From positions 1 through 64,000 of the forward strand of contig NW_005434576.1 of the NCBI RefSeq assembly GCF_000315625.1: DNA of 64,000 nt, read 5' to 3'. Shown in pieces: positions 63,451-64,000 of this stretch (position 1 is the stretch's first letter; every line of letters starts with the position of its first letter). The notes under the pieces were generated by a model. That model worked only from the letters and a program-made list of their open reading frames with translations, made no database searches and was not told the origin of the DNA. Both the position numbers and the translations under genes were made by a program. The DNA is from Guillardia theta CCMP2712 (Eukaryota; Protista; Cryptophyta).

Positions 63451-64000
63451 AGAACGTCCTGTGAAAATAAATTTAATGGATTGCGAGCTCCCTTGATCGT
63501 AGGTTTGCCGGCTCAATAGAACATTTGAACTTCAGCTGAAATACTCAAAATCCTGAATTCAAATTTGAAATATTCTTCATTGTCATCTGAAAATCTAAAT
63601 TCTGTACCCCTACATAATCCCAGCGATAACACCGGTAATCGAAAATGCCAGGACCCTCGTGATGCAGTACCCCTATGGCTTAGCGCTTTTGACACCCCTC
63701 CTTTTGCCACTCCCTGCCCCACGCGCCCCTACCCCTACCCCATGTCCCTTCAGGACTACCCCTACTTTGTCGAACCCCATGATTCCGATTTTATCCTGTT
63801 GGCAAGGGGTACGGTAGTGGCAAAATTCGGGGGGCTCCATTAAAAAGCTTCAATGTGAGGAGATTTTATATGTTGTAACTCATTATAAAACTCATATCCT
63901 TCTCTCTTGTCCCTTTTTTCCGCGTCATGATATTCAAGCGGGGGTCCTGCAGTCTTAACGTATCACCCTACCCACCCTATTCATCAACAATAGTACCCCT

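Noticed and set aside
1-64000. tRNA or rRNA genes
   Set aside because: No cloverleaf or rRNA-conserved sequence recognised by eye. tRNAscan-SE or Infernal would be needed to exclude them.

Overview
This is eukaryotic nuclear DNA from a compact, intron-rich genome. Many introns are about 45-60 nt GT-AG, and longer ones are filled with GGA/CCT microsatellites. There are four N-gaps. The gene content and style suggest a cryptophyte alga of the Guillardia/Hanusia type; this is inferred, not proven. About 20 host genes are recognisable: DnaJ, SAM carrier, Cdc14, two PDZ/coiled-coil proteins, GPR89/GTG, a CTP-dependent lipid kinase, TAF13, WW-ankyrin, SHIPPO/ODF3, NudCD2, RWP-RK, TPR, MetAP1 and an APC amino-acid permease. 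The standout is an AT-rich ~2.45 kb insertion (~18865-21321) encoding a Fanzor1, a eukaryotic TnpB-like RNA-guided RuvC nuclease. It has an N-terminal NLS, all three RuvC acidic motifs, a zinc finger split by a 61-nt spliceosomal intron, and a frame break near 19925. It also has a perfect hairpin near the left end, next to a TTAA, and stacked G:U-containing hairpins at the right end that fit an omegaRNA scaffold. Also notable are a recurring two-part promoter sequence grammar (CCGG/GACTC-rich islands plus TACCC tracts) and two satellite arrays. Exon boundaries of host genes were read by eye and are approximate.
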